DNA from: Candidatus Nomurabacteria bacterium
GTDB taxonomy: Bacteria; Patescibacteriota; WWE3; UBA101185; UBA10185
Reading direction: 5' to 3'
DNA: 64,000 nucleotides
NCBI GenBank assembly: GCA_020631855.1
Contig: JACKGU010000001.1
Span: 231,601-295,600 of the forward strand
Within the stretch, counting starts at the first letter, position 1. The number at the start of each line of letters is the position of its first letter. The translations under genes were made by a program, and so were the position numbers. Below are positions 38,666 through 48,467 of this stretch, piece after piece. The notes beneath the pieces are model-generated. The model ran no database searches. It was not told the DNA's origin and saw only the letters and a list, made by a program, of their open reading frames with translations.

Positions 38666-41359
38666 ATGTTTAAGAACCTGTTTTTCCTATTTGGTGCCAA
38701 ACCTAAATATAGATCAATTCAAAGAAATAAGAAAAATCGATTTAAGTTTATACCGTTCGATAAAGCTTTTGGTAAATCCGGAGAAAAGGTAAAGATTGAT
38801 AAAAATAATGTATCGCCCAAGCTTCTTGTGGCTACGTATTTAGCAACCGGGGCGTTAATAGCTGTGATTTTAGGCATAGTCGTTCTAATTATTGTCTTTG
38901 CAACTTTTTCTAGAGATCTGCCCGACCCGAATAAGCTTCTTGAGAGAGATCGTGAGCTATCCACGAGACTTTATGATAGAAACGGTAAACCTTTGTTTGA
39001 GGTTTATGGAGAAAAAAATAGGCAATTAATTCAGGTTTCGGATGTTTCTCCTAATCTGGTTTATGCAACATTGGCTACGGAAGACGCCAACTTTTATTCA
39101 CACCGAGGCTTTTTTCTTAAAGGAATGTTAAGAGCACTTGTTAATATGGTTAAAGGTGAAGGTCTTCAAAGTGGCTCGACAATTACTCAGCAGGTAGCAA
39201 AAAATGCAGCCTTGTCGCAGGATCGCACCATAACCAGAAAGGTTAAAGAAATAATTTTAGCCTTACAGCTGGAAAATAAATACTCAAAGGAGCAAATTTT
39301 ACAAATGTATTTAAACGAAACTCCATATGGAGGGCAAAATTATGGTGTTTTGACTGCCGCAAAGGCTTATTTTAATAAACACCCACGTGACCTGACGTTG
39401 GCCGAAGCGGCATATATTGCAGGTTTACCCCAAAGCCCGACTAGCTATTCTTTTTACGGCCCGACTCCGGAAAAAGGTATAGCAAGAAAAAATTATGTTC
39501 TGTCCCTGCTTAAGGATTATGGTTGGCAGGGAGAGGATGGTAAAAGGCACTATATTACTGAGGAAGAGTATGAACGTGCAGCAAACGAAGAACTTTTATT
39601 CCAGAAGCCCGATATTCAATTTGAAGCACCTCATTTTGTCTTTTATACCAAAGATTATCTTTCTCAGTTATTTGGCCCGGACATGGTGGAACAAGGAGGA
39701 CTACAAGTCACAACGACACTCGATCTTGATCTGCAAAGGGAGGCAGAAAAGATAGTAAGAGAAGAAGTTGATAAATCAGCTTATCTTAATGTAGGGAACG
39801 GCGCTTTGGTAGCTGTTCAGCCCGGCACAGGGAACATTTTAGCTATGGTTGGTTCTAAAGACTATTCCGCTGATTCCGCTCCCGAAGGATGTACGCCAGG
39901 AATTGCAGGTGAAGATGGTTGTGTTTTTGACCCTAATGTTAATGTCACTACATCCTTAAGGCAGCCCGGTTCCTCCATTAAGCCTATTACCTACGCTACC
40001 ATGCTCGAGCAAGGTTACACAGCCGCTTATCCGTTTTTAGACGTAGAATCCAAATTTGCAGGCTCTGCTCCTGACAAACCTTATATTCCCAAAAACTATG
40101 ACGGAAAATATCGAGGGCCTATGTCTATGAGACGCTCTCTTGCTAATTCGCTCAATATCCCAGCAGTAAAAGCTCTGGAGATTGTTGGAATACAAAATAT
40201 GCTCAACACAGCAGAAGAGATGGGAATAACAACACTAACCAGGAAAAATGAATACGGCTTGTCGTTGGCTTTAGGCGCAGGAGAAACAAAGCTACTTGAA
40301 ATGACAAATGCTTTTGCGGTGTTTGCTAATAATGGTGAATACGCAACACCAACTCCAATTATTGAAGTCAAAAATGCTCGAGGTGAGGTTATTTACAAAG
40401 CTGTGCCTGCAAAACACAACGCTATTTCACCTGAGACAGCCTTTATTATAAGCGATATTCTTTCTGATGACGGTGCTCGATCTGACGTTTTTGGAACAGG
40501 AAGCTTATTAAACATTCCTGGTCATAAAGTTGCAGTAAAGACGGGTACAACTAATGATCTTCGCGATAACTATGCTGTGGGGTATACCCCAATAGTAGCA
40601 GTAGGAGTATGGGTTGGTAATAATAACAACGAAGCTATGAGTAATGTTGCTTCAGGTATAACCGGCGCCACCCCTATCTACCACCGCTTTATGGCCGCTT
40701 TCTTAGAAGGCAAGGAGGAGCAAAAGTTTGAGGCTCCATCAAATGTTGAGAAGGTAACTGTGGATTCTCTGACAGGCATGTTACCCTATGCTGATTTTTC
40801 ACAGCGCCCCGAGTGGTTTATTAAAGGAACAGAACCCACATCCCCAAGTGAGTGGTATCAGCGAATTGAAATTTGTAAACCGGACGGCTTGCTTGCGAGC
40901 CAGTCATGCAGAGAGGCTGATAAAACTTCTGTAGAAACTTTTATTGATATTCAAGCAGAGCTTGAAAAATGGCAAGTTTACGTAGACAAGTGGATTGGAG
41001 AAAACTTTTCGGGAGACTCCAAATACTTTCCTCCACGTACAGTTTCTTCTTTAAAGTTTGATGGCGGAGATGTGCAGAAAGACACTAATCCGGTTGTAAG
41101 TATCGCAAATTTTAAAAACGGATCTGATGCCCCTTTGGAGTTTAGATTAAAAGTCGAGGTTTCCTCCCCTAATGACATAGATTACGTAAAAATTTATTTA
41201 GATGGAAACGAAGTCACAAAGGATAAATCTGAGCCCTTTGGATATAATTTTACATTTACTTCCGCCGACGTTGGTAAGCATGAGTTTAAAGCTTCCGCGG
41301 TTGACGAGGACGGCCGCGAAGGCGACGTTAAGATAAGTTTAGAGATAGTGCCTTATTAA
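38666..41359 (+). CDS. Class A penicillin-binding protein (glycosyltransferase plus transpeptidase) with C-terminal extension
   Basis: GT51 motifs EDANFYSHRGF and GSTITQQVAKN. TP motifs SSIK and KTGTTND. N-terminal TM segment. Confidence 0.85.
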   Translation: MFKNLFFLFGAKPKYRSIQRNKKNRFKFIPFDKAFGKSGEKVKIDKNNVSPKLLVATYLATGALIAVILGIVVLIIVFATFSRDLPDPNKLLERDRELSTRLYDRNGKPLFEVYGEKNRQLIQVSDVSPNLVYATLATEDANFYSHRGFFLKGMLRALVNMVKGEGLQSGSTITQQVAKNAALSQDRTITRKVKEIILALQLENKYSKEQILQMYLNETPYGGQNYGVLTAAKAYFNKHPRDLTLAEAAYIAGLPQSPTSYSFYGPTPEKGIARKNYVLSLLKDYGWQGEDGKRHYITEEEYERAANEELLFQKPDIQFEAPHFVFYTKDYLSQLFGPDMVEQGGLQVTTTLDLDLQREAEKIVREEVDKSAYLNVGNGALVAVQPGTGNILAMVGSKDYSADSAPEGCTPGIAGEDGCVFDPNVNVTTSLRQPGSSIKPITYATMLEQGYTAAYPFLDVESKFAGSAPDKPYIPKNYDGKYRGPMSMRRSLANSLNIPAVKALEIVGIQNMLNTAEEMGITTLTRKNEYGLSLALGAGETKLLEMTNAFAVFANNGEYATPTPIIEVKNARGEVIYKAVPAKHNAISPETAFIISDILSDDGARSDVFGTGSLLNIPGHKVAVKTGTTNDLRDNYAVGYTPIVAVGVWVGNNNNEAMSNVASGITGATPIYHRFMAAFLEGKEEQKFEAPSNVEKVTVDSLTGMLPYADFSQRPEWFIKGTEPTSPSEWYQRIEICKPDGLLASQSCREADKTSVETFIDIQAELEKWQVYVDKWIGENFSGDSKYFPPRTVSSLKFDGGDVQKDTNPVVSIANFKNGSDAPLEFRLKVEVSSPNDIDYVKIYLDGNEVTKDKSEPFGYNFTFTSADVGKHEFKASAVDEDGREGDVKISLEIVPY

Positions 41360-41404
41360 GTAAATATTGCTAAGACAGGCTAGCTCGGATCTTTTTGTTA
41401 GTAT

Positions 41405-42376
41405 TTAGTTCGTATCCACCGCAGGTCTAAAAATAGGTTTTGGTCCTAACGTTCTTACTTGTAAATCTTCTTGGCCTATTGGAGATTGTAACGCTTTCGC
41501 AATGGCCTCTGATATAACATCTCCAACCGTTTCTTTGCCGTTTCTGCCGTCACTACCTGTGTCAGTTGTGTATGGTTTAGCCGGTCCGAAGATTTGCAAA
41601 ATGCGGTTTGCTGTTTTTCCCGCCGTATCCGCAATAGCAAATTGACGCCATGTATCACTTTCTCCATGTAGTAAAGTACCAATCTCCTCATTACCATCTA
41701 TGATCGCTAAGAGCTGAAGCAATGTGTCGAGTTCATTCCTTGCTATTACCCGAGTTTGAGGCTTTGCCAAGGAATCCTTTTCATCTTCTGGTAAAATTCC
41801 AAGTGAGAGTATTAGAAAAATTGCTTCCTCTTCCGTCATTTCTTTTTCCATCATTGTTGCTGCTTTATAAAAGTTAGCAACTCTACGTTTTATATCAGCA
41901 GGGTTTGCTATTACCCCACCCTCCATCGATCCTAACTGTAGCAAACCTTCGAGCACTCCGCTAGCTGTCTCTATAGCTATTAGCCTACTTTCATGAGCAC
42001 TTCTCGCCCCTTGTTGTCGGGTTGCCCTTAACCTTTCCTCCGCATTTTGAAACTCAAGAAATCCTGCAGAATTGAGGATTTCCAGAGCATCGACTGGGGA
42101 AAGTGATTCGGTGAAAGCACCCGAATGTCCTACTTTCTGGGCGTTATTAGTCTCTAGTTTCAGCGCCTTTCCGCAGGTATCGTACAACTGAAATAAAGTA
42201 GCTTTACGTTGATTTCGTTTACTCCAGTAATTAGGACTTCCTATCTTCTCTTCCCCCTCGATGTTCTCAGTTGTTACTGCGGCCAGATCATCACTTAGTC
42301 TATGTGCATCTTCCGCAAGCTGCTTCACGGTTTCCGTACCTGGTTCTGTTTGTAATTGCAAATGGGGTTTTCTCAT
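41405..42376 (-). CDS. Hypothetical protein (323 aa), GC-rich islet
   Basis: Long ORF, elevated GC, no recognisable motifs. Confidence 0.5.
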   Translation of the reverse strand: MRKPHLQLQTEPGTETVKQLAEDAHRLSDDLAAVTTENIEGEEKIGSPNYWSKRNQRKATLFQLYDTCGKALKLETNNAQKVGHSGAFTESLSPVDALEILNSAGFLEFQNAEERLRATRQQGARSAHESRLIAIETASGVLEGLLQLGSMEGGVIANPADIKRRVANFYKAATMMEKEMTEEEAIFLILSLGILPEDEKDSLAKPQTRVIARNELDTLLQLLAIIDGNEEIGTLLHGESDTWRQFAIADTAGKTANRILQIFGPAKPYTTDTGSDGRNGKETVGDVISEAIAKALQSPIGQEDLQVRTLGPKPIFRPAVDTN

Positions 42377-42464
42377 CCTTATTTCCTTTAAAATTATTAT
42401 TTATCCTGTAATTATACATTTTTTTTACACATTTTAGCAACTCCGAAAAGCCAACACTTGCAGC

Positions 42465-44537
42465 TTAATTAATGCCTATTAGAGGCAGGTCCCAGCTTCC
42501 TTCTTGGTCTTGATTTGTTAAGTTTTTTGTTCTTAAACCCTCGACTCTAGTGATTTCTTCTACAACCAAATTTTTAATACGTTGCAGCTCTTCAGCTTTT
42601 TGAGCGGTGCTATATATTCTTATGGTAACAGCTTTTGTTGCGGATTTTAAATCTACGCCATCTTGGTAGACGTCAAGCGCTGTTATTCGGCCAACTCCTG
42701 CTATCTTTTCAATATTTTTTACTACGGGCCCAAGAGATCTTTTCTCTTTACAAACTATGGTAATATCGAAATCCATCGTATGTGCGTTGTGCAGAGCTAA
42801 TCTCTTATTAGCTACGGCTAAGTTATCTTTAAGCGCTTGGGATAGCCTCTCGGTGTACAGGACGAAACTGTCCACATATAATTCCCCCACCTCGGTGTCT
42901 TTCACTAAGATCGTTGCTCTAGCAGGTTTGTTAGTTTCAGATCTTTCTTCTGTGTTTTGAGAGCTGGGGCTTTCTTTTAGCTCGTATTCTTTTTGATCTA
43001 TATTCAGGTTCAAAAAAAGCGAGGCAAGAATTTTTCTTACCCTCTTGTTCAAATCGAGCACTGATTCCCCGTCTCTTAAAGTTGTTAGAACTTGTAGTGT
43101 TTTAATTTCTTTGTAGTTCTCGTAAATTTTGGGATCCCCCTCTAAGGTATATGTTTTTCCTAGCTCAAAAATTTCAGGTTGTCTTAAATTTAGTTTTGCA
43201 TAGTGCGTTAAGATCGGTTTAAGAGTTTCTTTTATAGTATATCTTAGACCTGCTTTCTCTTCTGTTAGGGCGTTAACTAGTTTAACCTGCCTTTGGTTTT
43301 CAGGATCGGCAGGCACAAGTGGGTCGGTAGAGTGCTCGTGTAGTCCTATGCTGCATAATATGTCTCGTATCTTTTCTTCGAGTACATAACTTGTGGGTGT
43401 TATTTCTTTTGGAGGCGTTGTTGTCATTTTTGCCATCGGTATGTTCGAGAACCCGTAAATTCTTAGTATGTCAGAAACTATATCGTCCTCGACACAGACG
43501 TCTGTTCTAAAGTAAGGAACCTCGAGAACCAACGCCTCCTCCTCCTCTTTTAGTATTTTGTAATCAAGATTTGTTAGAATTTGTTTTATTTTGTCTTTCT
43601 CTATGAGCAACCCGCCTATTTTTAGGATTCGATCAAACCTCAACCGCATATTTTTAGGTAACCATCTTTCGCTGTCCGGGAAGTAATCTCCGTTTTCGTA
43701 TGCGCTCCCTCCTGCAATGTCCAAAATAAGTTTTGTTGCTCTGTCTATAGCAAGCTTATTGTTGTAAGGATGGAGGAATTTGTCGTATCTTTGAACTGTT
43801 TCGTTTATTATTTTTAGTTTACGTGAGTTTTTTCTTACGCTGGTTTGATCGTAGCTTCCGGAATCAAGTAAAATGTCGGTTGTACTTTGATCAATAGCAA
43901 CTGCCTCACCCCCCACTATCCCCCCGATAATAGTTGGCTTGTCGTTTGTGCTTAGTATAGTTATGTCTTCATCTAAAGTTATACTTTCTCCAAGAAGTGT
44001 AGTTATGCTCTCCCCCTTTATCGCTTTTCTAAAAGTTATTTCGCGTGTTTCCATTTTACTTAGATCGTGTGCGTGCAGGGGCTGCCCAAGTTCAACCATT
44101 ACATAATTTGTTATGTCCACTATGTTGTTTATAGGAACCATTCCGTACTCGATTAGTCTTTTTTTAAGCCACTCAGGTGATTCTTTTACTTTTACATTGT
44201 AGATTACCCTTGTATAAAAACGATTAACAAAACCTTTGTCTTTAACTGTAATTTTAACTTTTTCTTTCTCGGGTAACATTGCAAGTTCTTGTGTGTGCAT
44301 TTCCGGCATCTTTAGAGAAACATTTTCAAATGCAGCCAGATCACGTGCGCATCCGATAATACCAAGCCAATCTGCTCTGTCCATCCTATGTTCCAGATCT
44401 AAAATTTCGTTTCCAAATTCTGATTTTTCTATTGGTTTGTCCAAAAGCAGCCCCAAAAAAGTAAATGAGCTAGCTAGCTCAAAGGCCGTCTTGTTTATAG
44501 CTACATATTGTTTTAGCCACTCTAAAGGTATTTTCAT
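42465..44537 (-). CDS. pheT: Phenylalanyl-tRNA synthetase beta subunit (short form lacking the N-terminal OB-fold tRNA-binding domain)
   Basis: B1 start MKIPLEWLKQYV runs directly into the RADWLGIIGCARD region. B3/4 and B5 domains and a C-terminal FDX-ACB-like domain are present. Confidence 0.8.
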   Translation of the reverse strand: MKIPLEWLKQYVAINKTAFELASSFTFLGLLLDKPIEKSEFGNEILDLEHRMDRADWLGIIGCARDLAAFENVSLKMPEMHTQELAMLPEKEKVKITVKDKGFVNRFYTRVIYNVKVKESPEWLKKRLIEYGMVPINNIVDITNYVMVELGQPLHAHDLSKMETREITFRKAIKGESITTLLGESITLDEDITILSTNDKPTIIGGIVGGEAVAIDQSTTDILLDSGSYDQTSVRKNSRKLKIINETVQRYDKFLHPYNNKLAIDRATKLILDIAGGSAYENGDYFPDSERWLPKNMRLRFDRILKIGGLLIEKDKIKQILTNLDYKILKEEEEALVLEVPYFRTDVCVEDDIVSDILRIYGFSNIPMAKMTTTPPKEITPTSYVLEEKIRDILCSIGLHEHSTDPLVPADPENQRQVKLVNALTEEKAGLRYTIKETLKPILTHYAKLNLRQPEIFELGKTYTLEGDPKIYENYKEIKTLQVLTTLRDGESVLDLNKRVRKILASLFLNLNIDQKEYELKESPSSQNTEERSETNKPARATILVKDTEVGELYVDSFVLYTERLSQALKDNLAVANKRLALHNAHTMDFDITIVCKEKRSLGPVVKNIEKIAGVGRITALDVYQDGVDLKSATKAVTIRIYSTAQKAEELQRIKNLVVEEITRVEGLRTKNLTNQDQEGSWDLPLIGIN

Positions 44538-45586
44538 AGGTATGCCAGCTTGCCTCCATATAAAGTACGCAAATCGCTAACGCCAAATTTTTGCATTACC
44601 AGTCTATCTAATCCCATTCCAAAAGCGAAGCCTGTATAAATTTCAGGGTCTATTCCACACATTTTTAGTGTGTTATAGTGAATCATCCCTGAACCTAAAG
44701 CCTCGATCCACCCACGATATTTACAGACATCGCAACCTTCCCCACCACAAAACTTACATTGCATATCTACTCCCACCCCCGGCGAAACCTCGGGGTAATA
44801 TTTGTACCTGAACCTAACCTTTGTGTCTTCACCGTAGAGGTATTTATGAGCCTGCTCCAGCGTACTCATTAGATGTTGTATAGTGATTCCCTTGTCGACC
44901 ACAAAACCTTGATATTGGTTAAAGTACGCTCCATTTGTCGAACTTAGGGTTTCGTTTCGGAAACATTTCCCCGGAACAACTACTCTAATAGGAGGTTCGT
45001 AGTTTGTTAAAATTCTTGCTTCCACAGACGAGGTGTGTGTTCTTAAGACTATGTCCATTTCATCTCCGAGCTGTTGTATAAAAAGGGTGTCTTGCAAATC
45101 TGTGGCAGGGTGGCCTTCGGGTAAATTAAGCTTTCTAAAATTGAACAGTGCAGTTTCTATTTCAGGCCCCTCGGCTACTGAGAATCCGCTATACCTAAAA
45201 AATTCATTTAGCTGTCGGATGACCTGAGTTGTAGGGTGCAAAAAGCCTGCATTAGTAGCTTTTTCAGGCAATGTTAAATCAAGCAAAGGGTCGTTAAGGC
45301 TTTCCTCTGCGAGTAAATTCTTTTTATCATTTATTTTGTTTTTCTGTTCTTCTATAAGAGTATTTATTTTCGGTCCATATAGCTTTTTTTCTTCAGAAGA
45401 TAGAGAAGGGATTTTTTTAACTAACATTGTAGTCAGCCCCGCTGACTTTGATAGATATTTAAGGTAGACTTCGTTAATTTTTGCCTCTGAGGTTGCAGTT
45501 TCCAAATCAAGCTCAAATTGTTTTTGTATTTCTGTTATGTTTTGCTGCATCTTTACTATAGTATGACAGAAAGGCTTATCTGGCAA
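44534..45586 (-). CDS. pheS: Phenylalanyl-tRNA synthetase alpha subunit
   Basis: Class II motifs (FRNE...), C-terminal GWIEALGSGMIH. 4-bp overlap with pheT. Confidence 0.85.
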   Translation of the reverse strand: MPDKPFCHTIVKMQQNITEIQKQFELDLETATSEAKINEVYLKYLSKSAGLTTMLVKKIPSLSSEEKKLYGPKINTLIEEQKNKINDKKNLLAEESLNDPLLDLTLPEKATNAGFLHPTTQVIRQLNEFFRYSGFSVAEGPEIETALFNFRKLNLPEGHPATDLQDTLFIQQLGDEMDIVLRTHTSSVEARILTNYEPPIRVVVPGKCFRNETLSSTNGAYFNQYQGFVVDKGITIQHLMSTLEQAHKYLYGEDTKVRFRYKYYPEVSPGVGVDMQCKFCGGEGCDVCKYRGWIEALGSGMIHYNTLKMCGIDPEIYTGFAFGMGLDRLVMQKFGVSDLRTLYGGKLAYL

Positions 45587-46170
45587 TATTCACATAAGGT
45601 CTTCTTAGATTAATTTCAATTGTTTAATTTTTATTATGATTGGCCTTTTGTCGGGTAAAATTAGCAAACATAGTGAATCCTCTACCATTAAGCTAAAATA
45701 TAGGTGAAATAAATATTATGGTTAGTACCTTGCGCAGAGAGAATTTAATGCCTCAGAGACTGATGGTGGCATAAGTTTTCATTACGAATCGATAGAGCTA
45801 TTCTGTAATGGATTAAGCCTAGATGCAAGCGAACCTCTTCCTGTACCTAGCCCGTGTGCTGGAATACACGCGTGTCTAGATGTTGCAGTAAATGGTTCTG
45901 TTTCAGTGACTTCGGTATGCGAAAGGAGCTGCTCCTTTTATATTCGGGGGGGGGTGGTTCTCCCCGGTTATGAAGCAAAGCTCTGAGCAAGGGCAGTTAA
46001 AAAGAACATTGTGTTTATCGGAATAAGGTTTTTTGGTTCTAGTTACACCTATAGTTATAAAGACGCTGGGGGATCAGAAGGTTATAGATACGATAAAGGG
46101 TAGTTTTTTGATGCTGATATAGCTCTCGCGCAAAATACTCAAGATCTTTATAGAGATAGAAATAGGAGAC

Positions 46171-46200
46171 GGGCTTTAGGTCGCGAAGCCCTATTTATTT
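46171..46200 (+). terminator. Candidate intrinsic terminator (GGGCTT-TAGGTCGCG-AAGCCC followed by TATTTATTT) inside the long pheS/PP2C intergenic region
   Basis: 6-bp GC stem plus a T-rich tail. No annotated plus-strand gene lies upstream of it. Confidence 0.3.
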
Positions 46201-46311
46201 GAGGAAATAATAAGTAAAAACACTAGATTTCTGAAATTTGATGCTTGCTTCCGCCTCTTTTTTATTGGAGAATAAAGATTATGTATTTCTTTGTGATTAA
46301 ATATCAAGAAA

Positions 46312-47286
46312 ATGATTAAGAGGGTGGGTCGCCAAGGTGAGCCCGTGGAGCGACAAGCTAATGAGGCGCTAAAAATTCTAGGTATTACGCGCCTAGTTGA
46401 GCCAAAAGATCCGCGAGTGCCCTCGGGTGATGCTGTTGTCGTGTCTAAGCGAATAGGGGCCTTCTGTGTCATCGACGGAGTTGGCGGAAGCGTAAATGGC
46501 CCGGAAGTTAAAGGTGACAGTCGGGCTGCAGGTATAGTAGCACGCGCAGTAGAGAAAAGAATTGAAGATGTTTCCCGTCCTATTGATAGTACAAAGCTCG
46601 CCGTTGAATTTCTGCTAGGTCTTCAAAGTGATGCTAAGTCTGAGTTAGAAGCTGTGGGCAGATACGAACGTCATTCTGCAGAAAAATATATTGGCGCTAC
46701 CCTAACCGCAGTTCTAGTCGGTAAAGTCAAAATTGCTGTGTTAAATGTAGGAGACTGTCGTGCAGTATACTTTCCAAGGAAAGGCAAAACTTACGAGCCA
46801 CCAAAGCATCTAACTCTTGATGATACACGTTTAGTTCAGATTTTGGCTGCGCGAGAGGGCGCAGAAAGGGAGTTGTTGTTAAAGCAGCAAAAAGCTATGG
46901 CAGCTATGGAAGACCCCTCATTGTATACGATTCCAGGAAATACCCTACCCATTGGCATGGATACTTTCTTGCGAACGACGGCCGAAGTTACTAATATGGT
47001 GTCGTCGTTCGCAAGCACTGGGTCTGTAGAAGGGAATGTGGAGATATACGATAGGAGCGATTTGGGGCCAGGTTTATTGCTCCTTATGAGCGATGGGACT
47101 CATGAGGTCTGTTCGGACCCTGCTCTGCTGAGGGTCCTTAATGGATTAAAGCCTCGCCAGAATCCTGCAGAAGCAGTAAGAGACCTAGTTATAGCAGAAA
47201 GGAATCGTTTAGGTCAAGGTCGTTGTAGATACAAGATCGACGATGCCAGTAATATATGTGTGACGCTAGGACAGCCCAAGTTGTGA
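46312..47286 (+). CDS. PP2C/PPM-family Ser/Thr protein phosphatase (apparently catalytic)
   Basis: VIDGVGGSVNG, GATLTAVLV...VLNVGDCRAVYF, LLLLMSDGTHEV and DDASNICVTL match the PPM metal-binding motifs. About 52% GC. Confidence 0.65.
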   Translation: MIKRVGRQGEPVERQANEALKILGITRLVEPKDPRVPSGDAVVVSKRIGAFCVIDGVGGSVNGPEVKGDSRAAGIVARAVEKRIEDVSRPIDSTKLAVEFLLGLQSDAKSELEAVGRYERHSAEKYIGATLTAVLVGKVKIAVLNVGDCRAVYFPRKGKTYEPPKHLTLDDTRLVQILAAREGAERELLLKQQKAMAAMEDPSLYTIPGNTLPIGMDTFLRTTAEVTNMVSSFASTGSVEGNVEIYDRSDLGPGLLLLMSDGTHEVCSDPALLRVLNGLKPRQNPAEAVRDLVIAERNRLGQGRCRYKIDDASNICVTLGQPKL

Positions 47287-47525
47287 ATGTCATGTTTGCA
47301 TAGTTAAAAGGTCTCTTATATAACTTTATACTGCCAAATATCTTCCATGGGCGGCAACCGTAGTAAAAGTCCCAAGGCAATAAATGATGATCTTAGATAC
47401 AACTGTGCGTTTGAATCTTTCGTGCGTTCCTTCATTCTTTATTACCCATCCTGTTTTTTTTGACGAACATAAAGTTCTATGGTAACTTTTTGTTAATATT
47501 TTTTTGTTACCAATAAATTACAGAT

Positions 47526-48365
47526 ATGCCTCACGAACAAACTGATACAGAGCATCCAGAAATGGGAGAATTTCGTATAAAACATTTTAATGATCAAGAA
47601 ATTCTGGATACTGTCTGTGTTGAGGGTGTGTGCAGCGCCCTTAAGGGTCCCGGCACTGCAGTTGAGCAGTTTGCTCTACCCGCCGAGGCAGTGGGGTTAG
47701 TATTGGTACATGCTCGTAGTACACACGGTCATGGCCCAAGAGATATGGAAGCTGATCCTACAACTGCGGCTGCGCGCCAAGCTTCAGAAATTTTTAAAGA
47801 GCATCTTGTACAGCACTTAGCAAGGCGGCCGCAGTATGGTAATGATTACGATGCACTTTTAGCTTCTTACCAAGCTATTGAACCTGCTTTATTACCTCGG
47901 GGTGATAATCTTGCAATTTCGGTAGCCTGTTTGTTAGTGCGGCAAGAAGGCGTGGCATTTTCTAATCTTGGAGATACCCGTGTGTACATGGTTAACCCAA
48001 AAACCGGCACAGCGCGTTCTCTAACTTTAGATACTCCTGCCACGGCGCATCGAAGAGAATACGATAAAGCACAAGCTTTTAGAGATCAAGATGGGGCACG
48101 AATTCTAGTTGATGGGCCGAGAAATCCACGATCTGGCTTTGTGGGTAATAGTAATTTTCCTCCAGCCATTGAAGTTAGTAACCGAGGCTTTCTCGGACTT
48201 AATGAAGCATGGTTAGTAGTCACTACCCGGGAAATTAATAGTTGTTTAACTGCGCTCGATCTTGCTCAATTAAGTGGTGCACTCAATCAACCTGTTCTTT
48301 TCCAAAGGGACGTATTGAATAGGGTTCAAAAAGGTGCTGTGGCTGTTATTGCTTTAGGACACTAA
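47526..48365 (+). CDS. Divergent PP2C-like protein with degenerate metal-binding motifs (possible pseudophosphatase)
   Basis: Keeps AISVACLLV...FSNLGDTRVYMV (GDSR-like). The DGxGG, SDG and DN-T motifs are replaced (LVHARSTHGHG, TTREI, GAVAVIAL). Confidence 0.5.
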   Translation: MPHEQTDTEHPEMGEFRIKHFNDQEILDTVCVEGVCSALKGPGTAVEQFALPAEAVGLVLVHARSTHGHGPRDMEADPTTAAARQASEIFKEHLVQHLARRPQYGNDYDALLASYQAIEPALLPRGDNLAISVACLLVRQEGVAFSNLGDTRVYMVNPKTGTARSLTLDTPATAHRREYDKAQAFRDQDGARILVDGPRNPRSGFVGNSNFPPAIEVSNRGFLGLNEAWLVVTTREINSCLTALDLAQLSGALNQPVLFQRDVLNRVQKGAVAVIALGH

Positions 48366-48467
48366 CATGCACCTTGATTCGTGCTCAATACTATGAGTTC
48401 TTTGTGTTTCACGTTGTGTTAATTACCTATGCGTTATTTAGAGATATGTTAGGTAGGGTTTTTGCTT

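Noticed and set aside
45587-46311. Looked for tmRNA, tRNA, RNase P RNA, SRP RNA and a T-box leader (for pheS) in the long intergenic region; also checked the 100-bp tyrS upstream region for a T-box
   Set aside because: No GGGG...GGATTCGAC 5' end, no Ala-initiated tag ORF ending in AA-stop, and no GTTCRANYC T-loop. No AGGGTGGNACCGCG T-box was found on either strand, and there were no RNase P P4 or SRP domain IV motifs. The tyrS leader is too short. The region is kept only as an unassigned candidate ncRNA finding.
46191-46472. Minus-strand 93-aa ORF overlapping the PP2C gene start
   Set aside because: It is antisense to a supported CDS and is a composition artefact of GC-rich DNA.
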